From Candidatus Poseidoniaceae archaeon (GTDB lineage Archaea; Thermoplasmatota; Poseidoniia; Poseidoniales; Poseidoniaceae), in NCBI GenBank assembly GCA_049606035.1, contig JBMYVD010000001.1, positions 34,244 through 98,243 on the forward strand: 64,000 nt of DNA, in the 5' to 3' direction. Made by a program: the position numbers and the translations under genes. Position 1 is the first letter of the stretch; the number at the start of each line of letters is the position of its first letter. Below, piece by piece: positions 10,060 through 20,072 of the stretch. A model generated the notes under the pieces. The model was given only the letters and a program-made list of their open reading frames with translations, had not been told where the DNA came from and searched no databases.

Positions 10060-10653
10060 TTGAAAGGACAACGACACATGAGCACAGGCCTCGTAATTGG
10101 TATAATCGCTGGTGTAGTAGTCCTCATTGTGATGATTTGGTTTATCAGCACATGGAACAGACTAGTACGTCTAGAAGAAAATGTAAACAAATCATGGGCA
10201 GATATTGACGTTCTATTGAAGCAAAGATATGACATGATTCCAAACCTAGTAAACACTGTGAAAGGATACGCATCCCACGAAAGAGAAATCTTCGAACAAT
10301 TCGCACTTGCTCGCCAAACCGCAGCAGGCTGCCTAGCGAGCGGTGACGTCAAAGGCCTAGGTGCTGCAGAAGGAACCCTTGCTGCACTCATGCCAAGAAT
10401 CAATATGGTTGCTGAGCAATACCCCGAACTTAAGGCTGACACTTCCTTCGTTAACCTACAAAACCAATTAGTTTCCATTGAGAACCAGGTATCAGACAGA
10501 AGAGAATTCTACAACGCAAGCGCAACAAACTGGAACGCTGCAATTCAGATGATTCCAACCAGTATCGTCGCTGGAATGAAGGGTGCAATGCGCAGAGACC
10601 TGTTCGAAGTAACAGACCCTGTACAGAGAGAAGCCGTTCAAGTTCAATTCTGA
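10060..10653 (+). CDS. lemA: LemA family membrane protein
   Basis: N-terminal TM then WNRLVRLEENVNKSWADIDVLLKQRYDMIPNLV LemA core. Confidence 0.85.
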   Translation: MKGQRHMSTGLVIGIIAGVVVLIVMIWFISTWNRLVRLEENVNKSWADIDVLLKQRYDMIPNLVNTVKGYASHEREIFEQFALARQTAAGCLASGDVKGLGAAEGTLAALMPRINMVAEQYPELKADTSFVNLQNQLVSIENQVSDRREFYNASATNWNAAIQMIPTSIVAGMKGAMRRDLFEVTDPVQREAVQVQF

Positions 10654-10722
10654 GCACTGCACCACATCGCTATAGGGCAAAATCGGGTGAACGTTTATGT
10701 CCGATTTTGAGAGGTAGGCCAC

Positions 10723-11004
10723 ATGGTTGAAATTACCTGTCCACACTGCTCGGAAGACCTTGAACTGCCAGATGGTGCCTTTGGGGATTTTGAGTGCCCA
10801 ATGTGCGAAGAAGAATTCATTTGGGGACAGCAACCTGTTCAAGTTGTTCACAACTTGCCCAAAGAGAAAGGAATTACGAAAGTAATTCTGAATATTATTG
10901 CACTCTGGACTGGATTTGGCTTACTTGCAACGGTCGGTTTCGTCGTTGGATTGATAGCAGCATTTTACTTTCTTGCATTAATCCTTGGTGGTTTAGCAAA
11001 CTAA
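10723..11004 (+). CDS. Small membrane protein with N-terminal MJ0042-type zinc ribbon and 2 TM helices
   Basis: CPHC..L.LP..GAFGDFECPMCEEEF motif; two hydrophobic helices. Confidence 0.45.
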   Translation: MVEITCPHCSEDLELPDGAFGDFECPMCEEEFIWGQQPVQVVHNLPKEKGITKVILNIIALWTGFGLLATVGFVVGLIAAFYFLALILGGLAN

Positions 11005-11006
11005 AT

Positions 11007-12029
11007 TCATTCAGCGAAGCGTAGCAATACCTTACCAATATTCTTCGCATCATGGATGTGTTGGTGTGCTTTCGCTACATCTTTGGCATCAAAAATTGAG
11101 TCGATCACTGGTTTGAGATGACCGTCTTTCACACCTTCCATTATTCTGTAGAGTTGCTGTGCCATCGCTTCTTCGTCTTTCCAAGTTCCCATGTGGACAC
11201 CGAATACTCCCCTATTCCTTGTCATAAGGCGTAAAGCATCGAATTTTGGAGTCTTTCTCAATGCAAAGAACGCTTTCAATAGAGAACGTTTTGATGTTGG
11301 AGCTGCTGAGGAAAGACCGTAAGTGTACAACTTACCACCTTCGGCAAGACAACCTAAACTTCTTGTTAGATTGTCCCCCCCAATCGGGTCTAGTATATGG
11401 TCGACTCCTCTTCCATCAGTTGCTTCTTTCACAATTTTTGTGAAATCTTCGTTATGTCTATCGATTGGTATTCCACCAAACGATTTGATAATGTCAGATT
11501 TGTGTCCCGAAGCAGTCGCCCAGACTTGCTCTATACCTGCCCATTGGCATAATTGGAGTGCTGCTGTCCCAACCCCTCCGGCTCCACCGTGAATCAAAAC
11601 AGTCTCACCTTTCTTTAGATGACCCAAGTAATGCAACATGTGGTGTGCCGTTAGATAGGTTACTGGCATAGCTGCAGCTTCATCCAGACCCATCTCATCA
11701 GGGATTGGAATTACTCTTGATACCTTGACTGCAACATGACTGCATTGACCACCTGTCGGCATCGCTGCAACAATTCTCTGACCAACTTCAAACTCGGTTA
11801 CACCCGCTCCAAGAGAATGAATTACACCACTGACTTCATATCCAGGAGTAAATGGAAATGGAGGTCTTGGTTGATACAGGCCAAGTCTCATCAGCGTATC
11901 TGCGAAATTGATTCCTGCATAATGAACCTGAACACAGACTTCCCCTTCCTTGGGAACTGGCATTTCTATGTCCTGTATTTTGAGAACAGAGGGTGAGCCC
12001 GCTTTGGTGATTGAAACGCAATATGCCAT
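11007..12029 (-). CDS. NAD(P)H quinone oxidoreductase / MDR-family alcohol dehydrogenase-like
   Basis: GINFADTLMRLGLY..PGYEVSGV MDR fold; GGAGGVG Rossmann. Confidence 0.8.
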   Translation of the reverse strand: MAYCVSITKAGSPSVLKIQDIEMPVPKEGEVCVQVHYAGINFADTLMRLGLYQPRPPFPFTPGYEVSGVIHSLGAGVTEFEVGQRIVAAMPTGGQCSHVAVKVSRVIPIPDEMGLDEAAAMPVTYLTAHHMLHYLGHLKKGETVLIHGGAGGVGTAALQLCQWAGIEQVWATASGHKSDIIKSFGGIPIDRHNEDFTKIVKEATDGRGVDHILDPIGGDNLTRSLGCLAEGGKLYTYGLSSAAPTSKRSLLKAFFALRKTPKFDALRLMTRNRGVFGVHMGTWKDEEAMAQQLYRIMEGVKDGHLKPVIDSIFDAKDVAKAHQHIHDAKNIGKVLLRFAE

Positions 12030-12083
12030 GATGCTGCTAAAGCGACTATTGTTTCAATGCTTGCCTAGAACAATCACCTTCGA

Positions 12084-12452
12084 TTATTCATCTGGATTGT
12101 ACTCAGTAACACGTATTCCAAGGCGACCTTTTCTTGCAGGCCTCTGCATGATTTTTTCATACTTTGATTCAAAGGCTGATTTTAGATCTATTTTCATCGC
12201 AAGCGAGTGACCCATTAACAAAATCAAAACATCAGCCATCTCTTCTGCGCACTCTTCTATTGGTTTCCCTTTGGTGACTGCTGCTGCTAACTCACCTAGT
12301 TCCTCAACAGTAAGGGCAATTCTGTAACCCATATCATGACCATTATTTCGTGCGAAATCGTGTTTGTGATGGAAGGCTGCGACTTTTCGCATCATATTAC
12401 TCCATTCATCATCTTCTTGGCAATTCAGCCAATCCTCGACGCCTCGGCTCAT
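12084..12452 (-). CDS. MazG-like nucleotide pyrophosphohydrolase
   Basis: EELGEL..EE.ADVL motif. Confidence 0.6.
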   Translation of the reverse strand: MSRGVEDWLNCQEDDEWSNMMRKVAAFHHKHDFARNNGHDMGYRIALTVEELGELAAAVTKGKPIEECAEEMADVLILLMGHSLAMKIDLKSAFESKYEKIMQRPARKGRLGIRVTEYNPDE

Positions 12453-12480
12453 AGGTGCTGTTTTGTCGCTAGAGAATTAG

Positions 12481-13221
12481 TCATTGCGTGAACGCCTTGA
12501 TGCAATCAATCACAGGTCCAAGTTTAGATTCCGCTGTTGAAGACACTTCTTCATGATTCAAATCCTTACTTGAATCCCCAGGTTCTCGGCCAGCCGCCCA
12601 ATTACTTGATACAATAATCGCTGCATATGGGAGATTTAATTCAGCAGCCAACTTACATTCCCTAGGCATAGTCATTCCAACTACTTCACCACCTAGTTTT
12701 TCTATCGCATCGATTTCTGCCTTAGTCTCAAAGTGTGGACCGTGAGCCAACCAATATGTTCTGCTCAATTTTAGACCCGGTTGCAATTTTGACAACACTG
12801 CTTCCAGTTTCTCATTCATCCCTGCATCGAATGGCTCAGTCATTGAAGTGAACTTAGCATCAGCATTTGAGAATGTAGATTCAACACCTGTGAAGTCAAT
12901 GTACTGATGAGCGTACCCGACTGAGCCAGGAGGAAAGTCTTGTGGAATAGTGCCTACCGAGCATATTGCAAGAATCGAGTCTACACCAGCATTCGCTAAT
13001 GCCATTATGTTGGCATGATGATTTATCGAATGGGGAGGGGTTGTTCCTTCCCCGTGATGCCTTTCTACGAAGAACAGTTCATTGTCTCCGCTTTTAACAC
13101 AGAGTAATGGTACACTACCGTACTTAGTCTCGACAACTATCTCATCACTTCTAGTGACATCCAACTCACTAGTTGCAAGGCTGGTCATAGCCGTGCCGCC
13201 AATGAGGCCCAGGCGCATCAT
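12481..13221 (-). CDS. mtnP: S-methyl-5'-thioadenosine phosphorylase / purine nucleoside phosphorylase
   Basis: GLIGGT..FVERHG..PHSINHHANI..VGMTMPRE motifs. Confidence 0.8.
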   Translation of the reverse strand: MMRLGLIGGTAMTSLATSELDVTRSDEIVVETKYGSVPLLCVKSGDNELFFVERHHGEGTTPPHSINHHANIMALANAGVDSILAICSVGTIPQDFPPGSVGYAHQYIDFTGVESTFSNADAKFTSMTEPFDAGMNEKLEAVLSKLQPGLKLSRTYWLAHGPHFETKAEIDAIEKLGGEVVGMTMPRECKLAAELNLPYAAIIVSSNWAAGREPGDSSKDLNHEEVSSTAESKLGPVIDCIKAFTQ

Positions 13222-13229
13222 CTTTCAAC

Positions 13230-14225
13230 TCACTCAAGGAGGCGAGCGACGATATCAGCCTTAGTTCCAGAAGTTGCAACTCCTGCAGCCTTTGCCTTCT
13301 CAACCAACTCATCCTTCTTCAGTTTCATTAGTGAAGCCTCGGTTTCAGCCGGTGCTTCTTCAGCGACTTCTTCGACTTCTTCTTCAGGTTCTGCAGCAGG
13401 TTCGACCTCTTCTTCTGAAGGTGCTTCAACAACTTCTTCTTTCTCAGAGATTGACTCCATTGCTTCTGCTGCTGCTAGTAGACCAGCTTCTTCACCGTCA
13501 TCTGCATCATCTTCTTCGGCAGCCGCTAGTGCTGCGGCTTTCTTTGCCTTGAGTTCTGCTTCTTGGCGAGACTCTTCAGCATGGATTTCGTCTAGAGTTG
13601 GTCCCTTTTCGGTAATTACACCAGATTGCAATAGTTGGCTCTTGCGGATTACAACATTTCTGCAAGGGTAAATTGCCTTTACTGCGTTTCTAATCTCTGT
13701 TTCTAGGTCGCCTCCGAGCATTGCTTCTTGCAACTTAGCATAAGTAGACTTTGCAGCGAAAGAGCGAATGATTTCAGCGGACTTAGCACGCATTGCTTGC
13801 TTGACTGATGTTTGGCATCTTCGCTCTGTGATCATAAGTGGCTTCATTCTTACTAGGAAACCATCGGTGGTTACAACATCTACTACGTCGTCGATTTTTC
13901 CTCTGTATCTTCGAATTTGACGACGTGTGTGGTCGGATTGGTGTGCGTGTCCTACGAATGTAGTTAGTGCATCTTGACCAACTACTTCGGTCACTCTGAA
14001 TCTTAGAAGGACGTGCATCTTAGTGAAGTCGCCACTGAATTCTTGCTGTGTCATTTCATAGACACGGCCCATGATGTGCTCATCTGTCTCACCGAGAGTT
14101 TCTCCTATTCGCTTGAAGTTCCATGGATGTCGTGGTGCACGGATTGTGAACCATCGCTTGTTCTTCCACTTGTCACGCTGCTTACGTGCTGCTGCACGTG
14201 CCTTTGCACTCATCTTCTTCGCCAT
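13230..14225 (-). CDS. rps3ae: Ribosomal protein S3Ae (eS1) with about 130-aa acidic linker and C-terminal SAP-like motif
   Basis: MAKK..KWKNKRWF..IDDVVDVVTTDGFLVRMKP core; the tail ends with a SAP-like motif (sequence in the finding). Confidence 0.85.
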   Translation of the reverse strand: MAKKMSAKARAAARKQRDKWKNKRWFTIRAPRHPWNFKRIGETLGETDEHIMGRVYEMTQQEFSGDFTKMHVLLRFRVTEVVGQDALTTFVGHAHQSDHTRRQIRRYRGKIDDVVDVVTTDGFLVRMKPLMITERRCQTSVKQAMRAKSAEIIRSFAAKSTYAKLQEAMLGGDLETEIRNAVKAIYPCRNVVIRKSQLLQSGVITEKGPTLDEIHAEESRQEAELKAKKAAALAAAEEDDADDGEEAGLLAAAEAMESISEKEEVVEAPSEEEVEPAAEPEEEVEEVAEEAPAETEASLMKLKKDELVEKAKAAGVATSGTKADIVARLLE

Positions 14226-14331
14226 TTTGGATCAACTCTCAGATTGCGGGGGCTACCCCACTTGCAGCCCTCCGACAAACATGGCCTATATGAAGGGAAT
14301 AGATGCTTACTAAGCGCCTATTGGAGCACAA

Positions 14332-15337
14332 TCACCAGCCACGCTGGTCTAGACGAACCTCGAGTGTTTCTAGTTCATCCCCACGCATTGGTGCACCTTC
14401 CATCATACCCATCGCTTCAGCGACCTTGTCAGGGTCGTCGTAGTGAGCTGTTGCTAGAACGATAGCGTCTGCCATAGTTTTGGGGTCCTCTGATTTGAAA
14501 ATACCAGAACCAACGAAAATACCGTCGACTCCCATCTGCATCATCAGTGAGGCATCTGCAGGTGTAGCGATTCCGCCTGCGCAGAATGTTACTACTGGTA
14601 GTCTGCCCAATTCAGCAACCTCAACCAAAATATCTCTGATTCCACCATGCATTTCATCATCGATTGCACCAAATGGTGTAATGTTGGATGTTCCTGGAAG
14701 GTCGCTTGAATCTGCTAGAACCCTGTACCTGTCCATGATTATGTTTGCAGCCTCGTCCAGACCTTTGTCATCAAGAGTTTGAATCTGTCTAACTTCTTGG
14801 TCGATTAGCCTAGCGTGTGTAACCGCTGCAACAACGTTACCAGTCCCAGCTTCGCCTTTAGTACGAATCATTGCGGCGCCTTCGTAAATTCTTCTGACAG
14901 CTTCTCCTAGTCCGGTTGCGCCGCAGACGAAAGGAATGTCGTGTGCGTTCTTGTTGATGTGGAAGTATGGGTCAGCAGGTGTAAGTACCTCAGATTCATC
15001 AACCATGTCAACACCGAGTGCTTGCAAAACCTGAGTTTCGGCTTCATGCCCGATTCTAGATTTTGCCATGACTGGAATAGAAGTGCATTCGATGATTCCA
15101 GTGATCATGTCAGGATGAGAAGTTCTCGCAACCCCACCTGCTTTTCTGATGTCCGCAGGCACTCTTTCTAGGGCCATGACGGAGACTGCTCCAGCGTCTT
15201 CAGCAACAGCAGATTGTTCTGGTGTAACGACGTCCATGATTACGCCGCCTTTCAGCATTGAAGCAAAACCACGCTTCAATAGGTCGTCAGCGTGGCGTAG
15301 GGATTTTACATCGGCATTATTATTCATGGCCATCATC
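14332..15337 (-). CDS. pdxS: Pyridoxal 5'-phosphate synthase subunit PdxS
   Basis: KGGVIMDV and a full-length Pdx1/SNZ-like sequence. Confidence 0.9.
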
Positions 15338-15385
15338 CCTTGCGTGGGACATTTCATTCATGAAGATATGTTATCCTTCACAAAA

Positions 15386-15661
15386 TTAGTCGCCTAGAAC
15401 CGGGGTGTCACCGGTAGCGATTTCAGCATCGACTGATTCGGTTTCGTTCCTTTCAATCCATGCTTCTTCGTCATCTGGGACATCGGTATCAGCAAAGATT
15501 GCATCGACTGGACATTCCGGCACACATGCTCCACAATCAATGCACTCATCTGGGTCGATGATTAGGTAAGTGTCTGCTTCTCTGAATGCTTCAACAGGAC
15601 AAACTGCAACACATTCCTGATATTTGTGGTCAACACAAGCCGAGGTTACTACGTGGGTCAT
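15386..15661 (-). CDS. 2x[4Fe-4S] ferredoxin
   Basis: CVAVCPVEAF and CIDCGACVPECPVDAIF cluster motifs. Confidence 0.8.
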   Translation of the reverse strand: MTHVVTSACVDHKYQECVAVCPVEAFREADTYLIIDPDECIDCGACVPECPVDAIFADTDVPDDEEAWIERNETESVDAEIATGDTPVLGD

Positions 15662-15735
15662 GGGAATCTCTCCAACTATCGCTCAAAGTTGTAGGATATA
15701 ATGCCTTGCTAAGAGCCTGAAAAATTTAGGGCAGC

Positions 15736-16176
15736 CTAATTCAGTGCTGCGGTTTTGGCATTTTCAATTGTTTCAAGTGCTACATCCATTGCCTCACTTC
15801 CAGGATAGACCTCCAATTTCGCTTTGCCTTTGACTGTAGGCCTTTCGCCGGGAGAGGTTAGAGTCAATTTCCCTGAAAGTAAATCCAACAAGTCTAGACG
15901 AATGTGAATTACATTATTTTCATCAAGCCGGTCATTTAGTTCAGACTGCAATGATTCTAGTACTTCAACTCCCAAAAGGGATAGAGATTTTGTTGCCTTG
16001 CCTCTTCTTTTTAATTCTGCAGTTATTAGGTGAATCGGAGAACCGTGATATGAATTCATTCTCTCAATCGAGACTGCCTTATCATCACCAACTAACCATC
16101 CAAGTGCTGCGGCGTGAATATACTCATCCTCTAGACCACTGGCAGTGGATTGCCAAGACACGTGATGTACGCCCAT
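15736..16176 (-). CDS. Hypothetical protein (start trimmed to MGVHHVSW)
   Basis: ORF track; no confident family assignment. Confidence 0.35.
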   Translation of the reverse strand: MGVHHVSWQSTASGLEDEYIHAAALGWLVGDDKAVSIERMNSYHGSPIHLITAELKRRGKATKSLSLLGVEVLESLQSELNDRLDENNVIHIRLDLLDLLSGKLTLTSPGERPTVKGKAKLEVYPGSEAMDVALETIENAKTAALN

Positions 16177-16210
16177 GAATGTCCCAACTCTTTGGAGGTG
16201 ATGATTATTT

Positions 16211-16456
16211 TCAATCAAGCGGGTGGTCAACACCCTCTTCACCAAGAGTCCATCGCAGAGTTTTGATGACCCCATCCAATGCTTTGTGATTCCTAGCAGC
16301 TTCTTTCATGCCGTCTCTATCTCCGTCTTTGCTGCATTGGTCGAACCACTTCTTCCACTGGTCTCTGCGAGCAATAGCCTTTCCAAGCATCTCTTCAATC
16401 TCACTCCATGAGCGGTCGTAACTTCGAACTGGCTCTCTACCATTCTCAGAACTCAT
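16211..16456 (-). CDS. Small helical hypothetical protein (start trimmed to MSSENGRE)
   Basis: ORF track; charged alpha-helical composition. Confidence 0.3.
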   Translation of the reverse strand: MSSENGREPVRSYDRSWSEIEEMLGKAIARRDQWKKWFDQCSKDGDRDGMKEAARNHKALDGVIKTLRWTLGEEGVDHPLD

Positions 16457-16511
16457 CGCCACACTGCGCAAACATTCCCTATAAGAAAGGTACACCAACA
16501 CGCTCTGTAAA

Positions 16512-17543
16512 TTACCTTTTTTCATTTTCAAGGTCGATAACGATATGAGATTCGTCACCAATCACGCAATTATGTATTCTAGAGTCAATGATTGAATTTT
16601 CACCAATAATCGATGATTCTGATACTCCATTTATCCTCGAGTTTGCCATAACAACGGAGTTTACCGCTGCCCCATTTACCGAGGAACCTGCAAGAATAAC
16701 TGATCTAGAGATATGCCCACTTACAGAGGCTGAATCGCTGATGAAAGAGCCATCTGGCAATACTTCACCATCAGGCATTGGGAATGGTAACTCATTACGC
16801 CTTTCAATCAATGTCATTTGGGCTTTGTGAAGTTCAAAGGGATGTCCAACATCGAACCAAATCCCGTTGACTGTTTTTGCATACATTGGCCAGCCTCTTG
16901 CCAAAACATCGGGGAATAGTTGCTTTGAAAAATCGTATTTTTCACCTTCTGGTACTAATTCCATTACCTCTGGCTCGATTATGTATAATCCAGCATTAAT
17001 CAAATTTGAAAACGCTTCTTCATTTGTTGGTTTTTCTTTAAACTTTGAAATGTATCCTTCATCCAATGAGGAGTCAACATCGCCCTCGTGTTTACTTGAA
17101 AGGCCGACTATACCAAATTCTGTTGGATCATCTACTTCCCATAGAGCCATTGTAACCTTAGCTCCAGATTTTCGATGGGAAGATAGTAAATCTTCAATAT
17201 CGAAGGAAGCGACTGAATCTCCTGAACCTACAACGAAGGTTTCAGTCAATTCTTTAGACAATAATTTCACACTACCCGCTGTTCCCATTGGTCTATCTTC
17301 TTGATTAACTCTACTTTTGGTATTCCACGAATCCACGTGCGATACAAGTTGCTCCCCCTGGTAGCCGGTTGTGACAATAATTTCTGACAAACCTGCAGCA
17401 ACCATTGCATCCTTGACATAATCAATCACAGGTCTGCCTAATACAGGAACCATCGGTTTTGGCCGATTTTTCGTTAAGGGCATCAAACGGGTACCACGGC
17501 CTCCCGCCATGATAATTCCAAGCAGACTCTCACTTCCTGCCAC
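16512..17543 (-). CDS. Sugar-phosphate nucleotidyltransferase (GlmU/RmlA-like, with C-terminal left-handed beta-helix)
   Basis: GIIMAGGRGTRLMPLT..KPMVPV NTP-transferase signature. Confidence 0.8.
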   Translation of the reverse strand: MAGSESLLGIIMAGGRGTRLMPLTKNRPKPMVPVLGRPVIDYVKDAMVAAGLSEIIVTTGYQGEQLVSHVDSWNTKSRVNQEDRPMGTAGSVKLLSKELTETFVVGSGDSVASFDIEDLLSSHRKSGAKVTMALWEVDDPTEFGIVGLSSKHEGDVDSSLDEGYISKFKEKPTNEEAFSNLINAGLYIIEPEVMELVPEGEKYDFSKQLFPDVLARGWPMYAKTVNGIWFDVGHPFELHKAQMTLIERRNELPFPMPDGEVLPDGSFISDSASVSGHISRSVILAGSSVNGAAVNSVVMANSRINGVSESSIIGENSIIDSRIHNCVIGDESHIVIDLENEKR

Positions 17544-18594
17544 GGGAAGCGGTCATGTCTATGCTTCGCATGTTTTTCTTCTTACTAGAACGGCCCTTTT
17601 TGGCACCGACACCAGCCCTGTCTCCAGACATAGTACCACCAAATGATAGTGAACCTGCACTTAGAAGGTGTTCAACCATAGAATCTGCAACATTTTCATC
17701 CTCTGCACCGGTTTTCATCTCGTTAGAAACCGAAGCGTTATGGTCAGTAATCCAAGATTCTCTTTCTTCTCTTGCGATTTTCAGTTTGTCCCTTGCTTCA
17801 TTGACTTCCTTCATCATTTCAGAAATCTTTGAGTGAACCTCGTCGGCCTTTTCTCTGCAAGCCAAGAATTCTTTGTGGAATCTGTCGCCCTCACCTTTGA
17901 GGAAATCTCTGTGAGCGAATAATTCGTCTAATTCCTTGCTCATTCCCTTTGCTCTCTCAAGACATTCCACGAAATCCTTGTGTGCAGCATCTGCTTCTGC
18001 TTTGAGTTGAGCGATAGCTTCGTCCCTATTCGATAAGTCGACTTTGATTAATTGTAATTTCTCAACCTCTGGTTCAAGTTCTTTCATGCGGCGACGCATA
18101 TTCTTGATCTTCTCCATGGTCTCCTTTTCCTTCTTAGAAGACATACCACCTCGAGTTTCGTAGGTCTTTTCCATGTTGTCTACTTCACTCGACAGTTTGT
18201 TAAATTCAAATGAGGCGGATTTCTTGTCATTTTTATCGCCACGCTGGGCCTTTGCTTGCCCAATTAGGTCTCTAATTTGGGCTTGGATTGCATCTCTTCT
18301 GGTCTTGTGTAAATTCTGCTCTGCACGAATTGCCTTAACTTCTGCAACCGACATATCTAATTTTTCACGGTGCTCCTTGTACTGAGCTTGGATTGCATTG
18401 CGTTGCTCTGCGAAACGCTTTGCTTGGTCGTTGTGATTATTCCTTGCATCACGTAACTTTCGAACCTTTGCCTCCATTTGATGAAGGTGGTCACGCAAAT
18501 CAGCATCTGGACGAGTGTTCTCATCTTGAGCCTCGGTCATGGCATCTGCGACGGCATCATTCCTTTCAATGCTACGATTGAAAATATGGTTCAA
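17530..18594 (-). CDS. Archaeal coiled-coil protein, COG1340-like, paralog A
   Basis: Coiled-coil with the ..LSSEVDNMEKTYETRGGMSSKKEKETMEKIKNMRRRMKELE central motif shared with paralogs B and C. Confidence 0.7.
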   Translation of the reverse strand: MNHIFNRSIERNDAVADAMTEAQDENTRPDADLRDHLHQMEAKVRKLRDARNNHNDQAKRFAEQRNAIQAQYKEHREKLDMSVAEVKAIRAEQNLHKTRRDAIQAQIRDLIGQAKAQRGDKNDKKSASFEFNKLSSEVDNMEKTYETRGGMSSKKEKETMEKIKNMRRRMKELEPEVEKLQLIKVDLSNRDEAIAQLKAEADAAHKDFVECLERAKGMSKELDELFAHRDFLKGEGDRFHKEFLACREKADEVHSKISEMMKEVNEARDKLKIAREERESWITDHNASVSNEMKTGAEDENVADSMVEHLLSAGSLSFGGTMSGDRAGVGAKKGRSSKKKNMRSIDMTASRGRK

Positions 18595-20072
18595 GCAGAA
18601 GCCAAGAGTGCCATTAATTGGAAGATAATCGCCCCGAACAAACCAATACTACCAAGCAAGTATGAAGTGATAGAACTGGTATTCCTGAGCCAAGTTACGA
18701 ACTCTGGCTGTACTCTGACATTTATTTGGCGTCCAACGAGTAAATCTCCGTTTGTATTTTCCAACCTCACAGAAACAGATGCCTCTCCAGTCCTCTCCGG
18801 CAGTAGTGTTTGCCATGTTATTGTACCATCTCTCAATAGACCAGACATTCTTCCTATTACATCATCATCGCCTTCGCTAGATAATGGAACTTCTTCATCC
18901 GCCCACCATGATTTTTCTCCTGGCTCTAGATTATATCTTAGTGCCAAATCATTTGGACGGAAATCAGGTGAATGAACCCTGAGTACTACTTGCCTCTCCT
19001 CACCTGTAAGGTTGTAAATATAACAAAATAAATTCGCTTTTTCTGTAACTACGTTTTCCAAATCTACGTCAAATAACAAGCCATCTAAATCCGCTTTTTT
19101 CCCTATTGCAAGGTCCTGTTCTAACCTTTCAATTAATCTATAGAAGGCAGGATTGTTACGGTTTGAACTAGCAAACAAAGAATCCCATAGCTCTTCTTTG
19201 AAGATCTCATGTTCCAAAATGAGTTTTACTCCTTTGCTAGTCAGAATTTCAGCCAACTCAATACTGGTGGTGCTTCTATCAATACCACCTTTGAATCTTC
19301 TATGCATCAGCATAAGGAATTTTTCCCAGCCGAACTCTTTGTTTACTCCTTTCTTTGTGTTGGATTCAAATTCATTCAAAAAATCATCAAACTTACTTCT
19401 GAGCAGTGGGTCCATCAGATTTCTCATCATGTCAGTATATGCCATATTAAGAGTCGATGGATGAATCGGAGGGGTGTAAGCGGTTAGTAAACCGTCATCG
19501 GTAACCATGTTGAATTTTCGATTCCTTGTAGAAAGATGCTGTCCTATCGCAATTGTAACCAAGGAAGCGCTTGCTAATAAACCACGACCTCCTAGTTTGG
19601 AATCGGAGTCAAGATATGCAACAATCATTGAAATTATGGTTGCAGTTACACTCATCCACAATGCAGTATTGTGGCTAGCCATCGTCCTAGAAATCAAACC
19701 ATCAACCGATGAAAAACCATGCATGCTTGTAACGGGCCGATGAGAATTTGCAGCTTCTGCAACCTCCCATCTGAATACCTGCCTAGTCAGTTTAACCCTG
19801 TATCTATGTAGGTATAACCCAACACAGAATCCAATCAGAATTGTGGCTGAAATCAGTGTAAATGCAGTCGAGAGATCGAAACCTACTGCAGGTTCGATAT
19901 TGTCTAGCCACCAAGATGGACTTTCACCTTTGTAAGCCCAAGCACCAAAGAAAGAAAGTAGAGAAAATGTAGGTAATAGTAAAACTAAACGCAACCCTTC
20001 TGTCAGAAATTGGCTATCAATGCCATGAAATTTTTCTTCCTTTGAGCGGAGTTGTTGTAAATTTTCATTCAT
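18591..20072 (-). CDS. Polytopic membrane protein with large soluble domain, hypothetical
   Basis: Several TM helices at the N and C termini; translationally coupled to neighbours. Confidence 0.5.
   Translation of the reverse strand: MNENLQQLRSKEEKFHGIDSQFLTEGLRLVLLLPTFSLLSFFGAWAYKGESPSWWLDNIEPAVGFDLSTAFTLISATILIGFCVGLYLHRYRVKLTRQVFRWEVAEAANSHRPVTSMHGFSSVDGLISRTMASHNTALWMSVTATIISMIVAYLDSDSKLGGRGLLASASLVTIAIGQHLSTRNRKFNMVTDDGLLTAYTPPIHPSTLNMAYTDMMRNLMDPLLRSKFDDFLNEFESNTKKGVNKEFGWEKFLMLMHRRFKGGIDRSTTSIELAEILTSKGVKLILEHEIFKEELWDSLFASSNRNNPAFYRLIERLEQDLAIGKKADLDGLLFDVDLENVVTEKANLFCYIYNLTGEERQVVLRVHSPDFRPNDLALRYNLEPGEKSWWADEEVPLSSEGDDDVIGRMSGLLRDGTITWQTLLPERTGEASVSVRLENTNGDLLVGRQINVRVQPEFVTWLRNTSSITSYLLGSIGLFGAIIFQLMALLASA

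Noticed and set aside
13274-13552. 92-aa Leu-rich ORF on the plus strand
   Set aside because: It lies antisense to the GAA-rich acidic tail of rps3ae. It is a compositional artefact.
15736-16275. Archease or Hjc resolvase identity for the 146-179-aa ORF
   Set aside because: Only loose local resemblance (HxV..G.LE..AAALG; SYHG). The motif order and catalytic residues do not fit either family, so it is left hypothetical.
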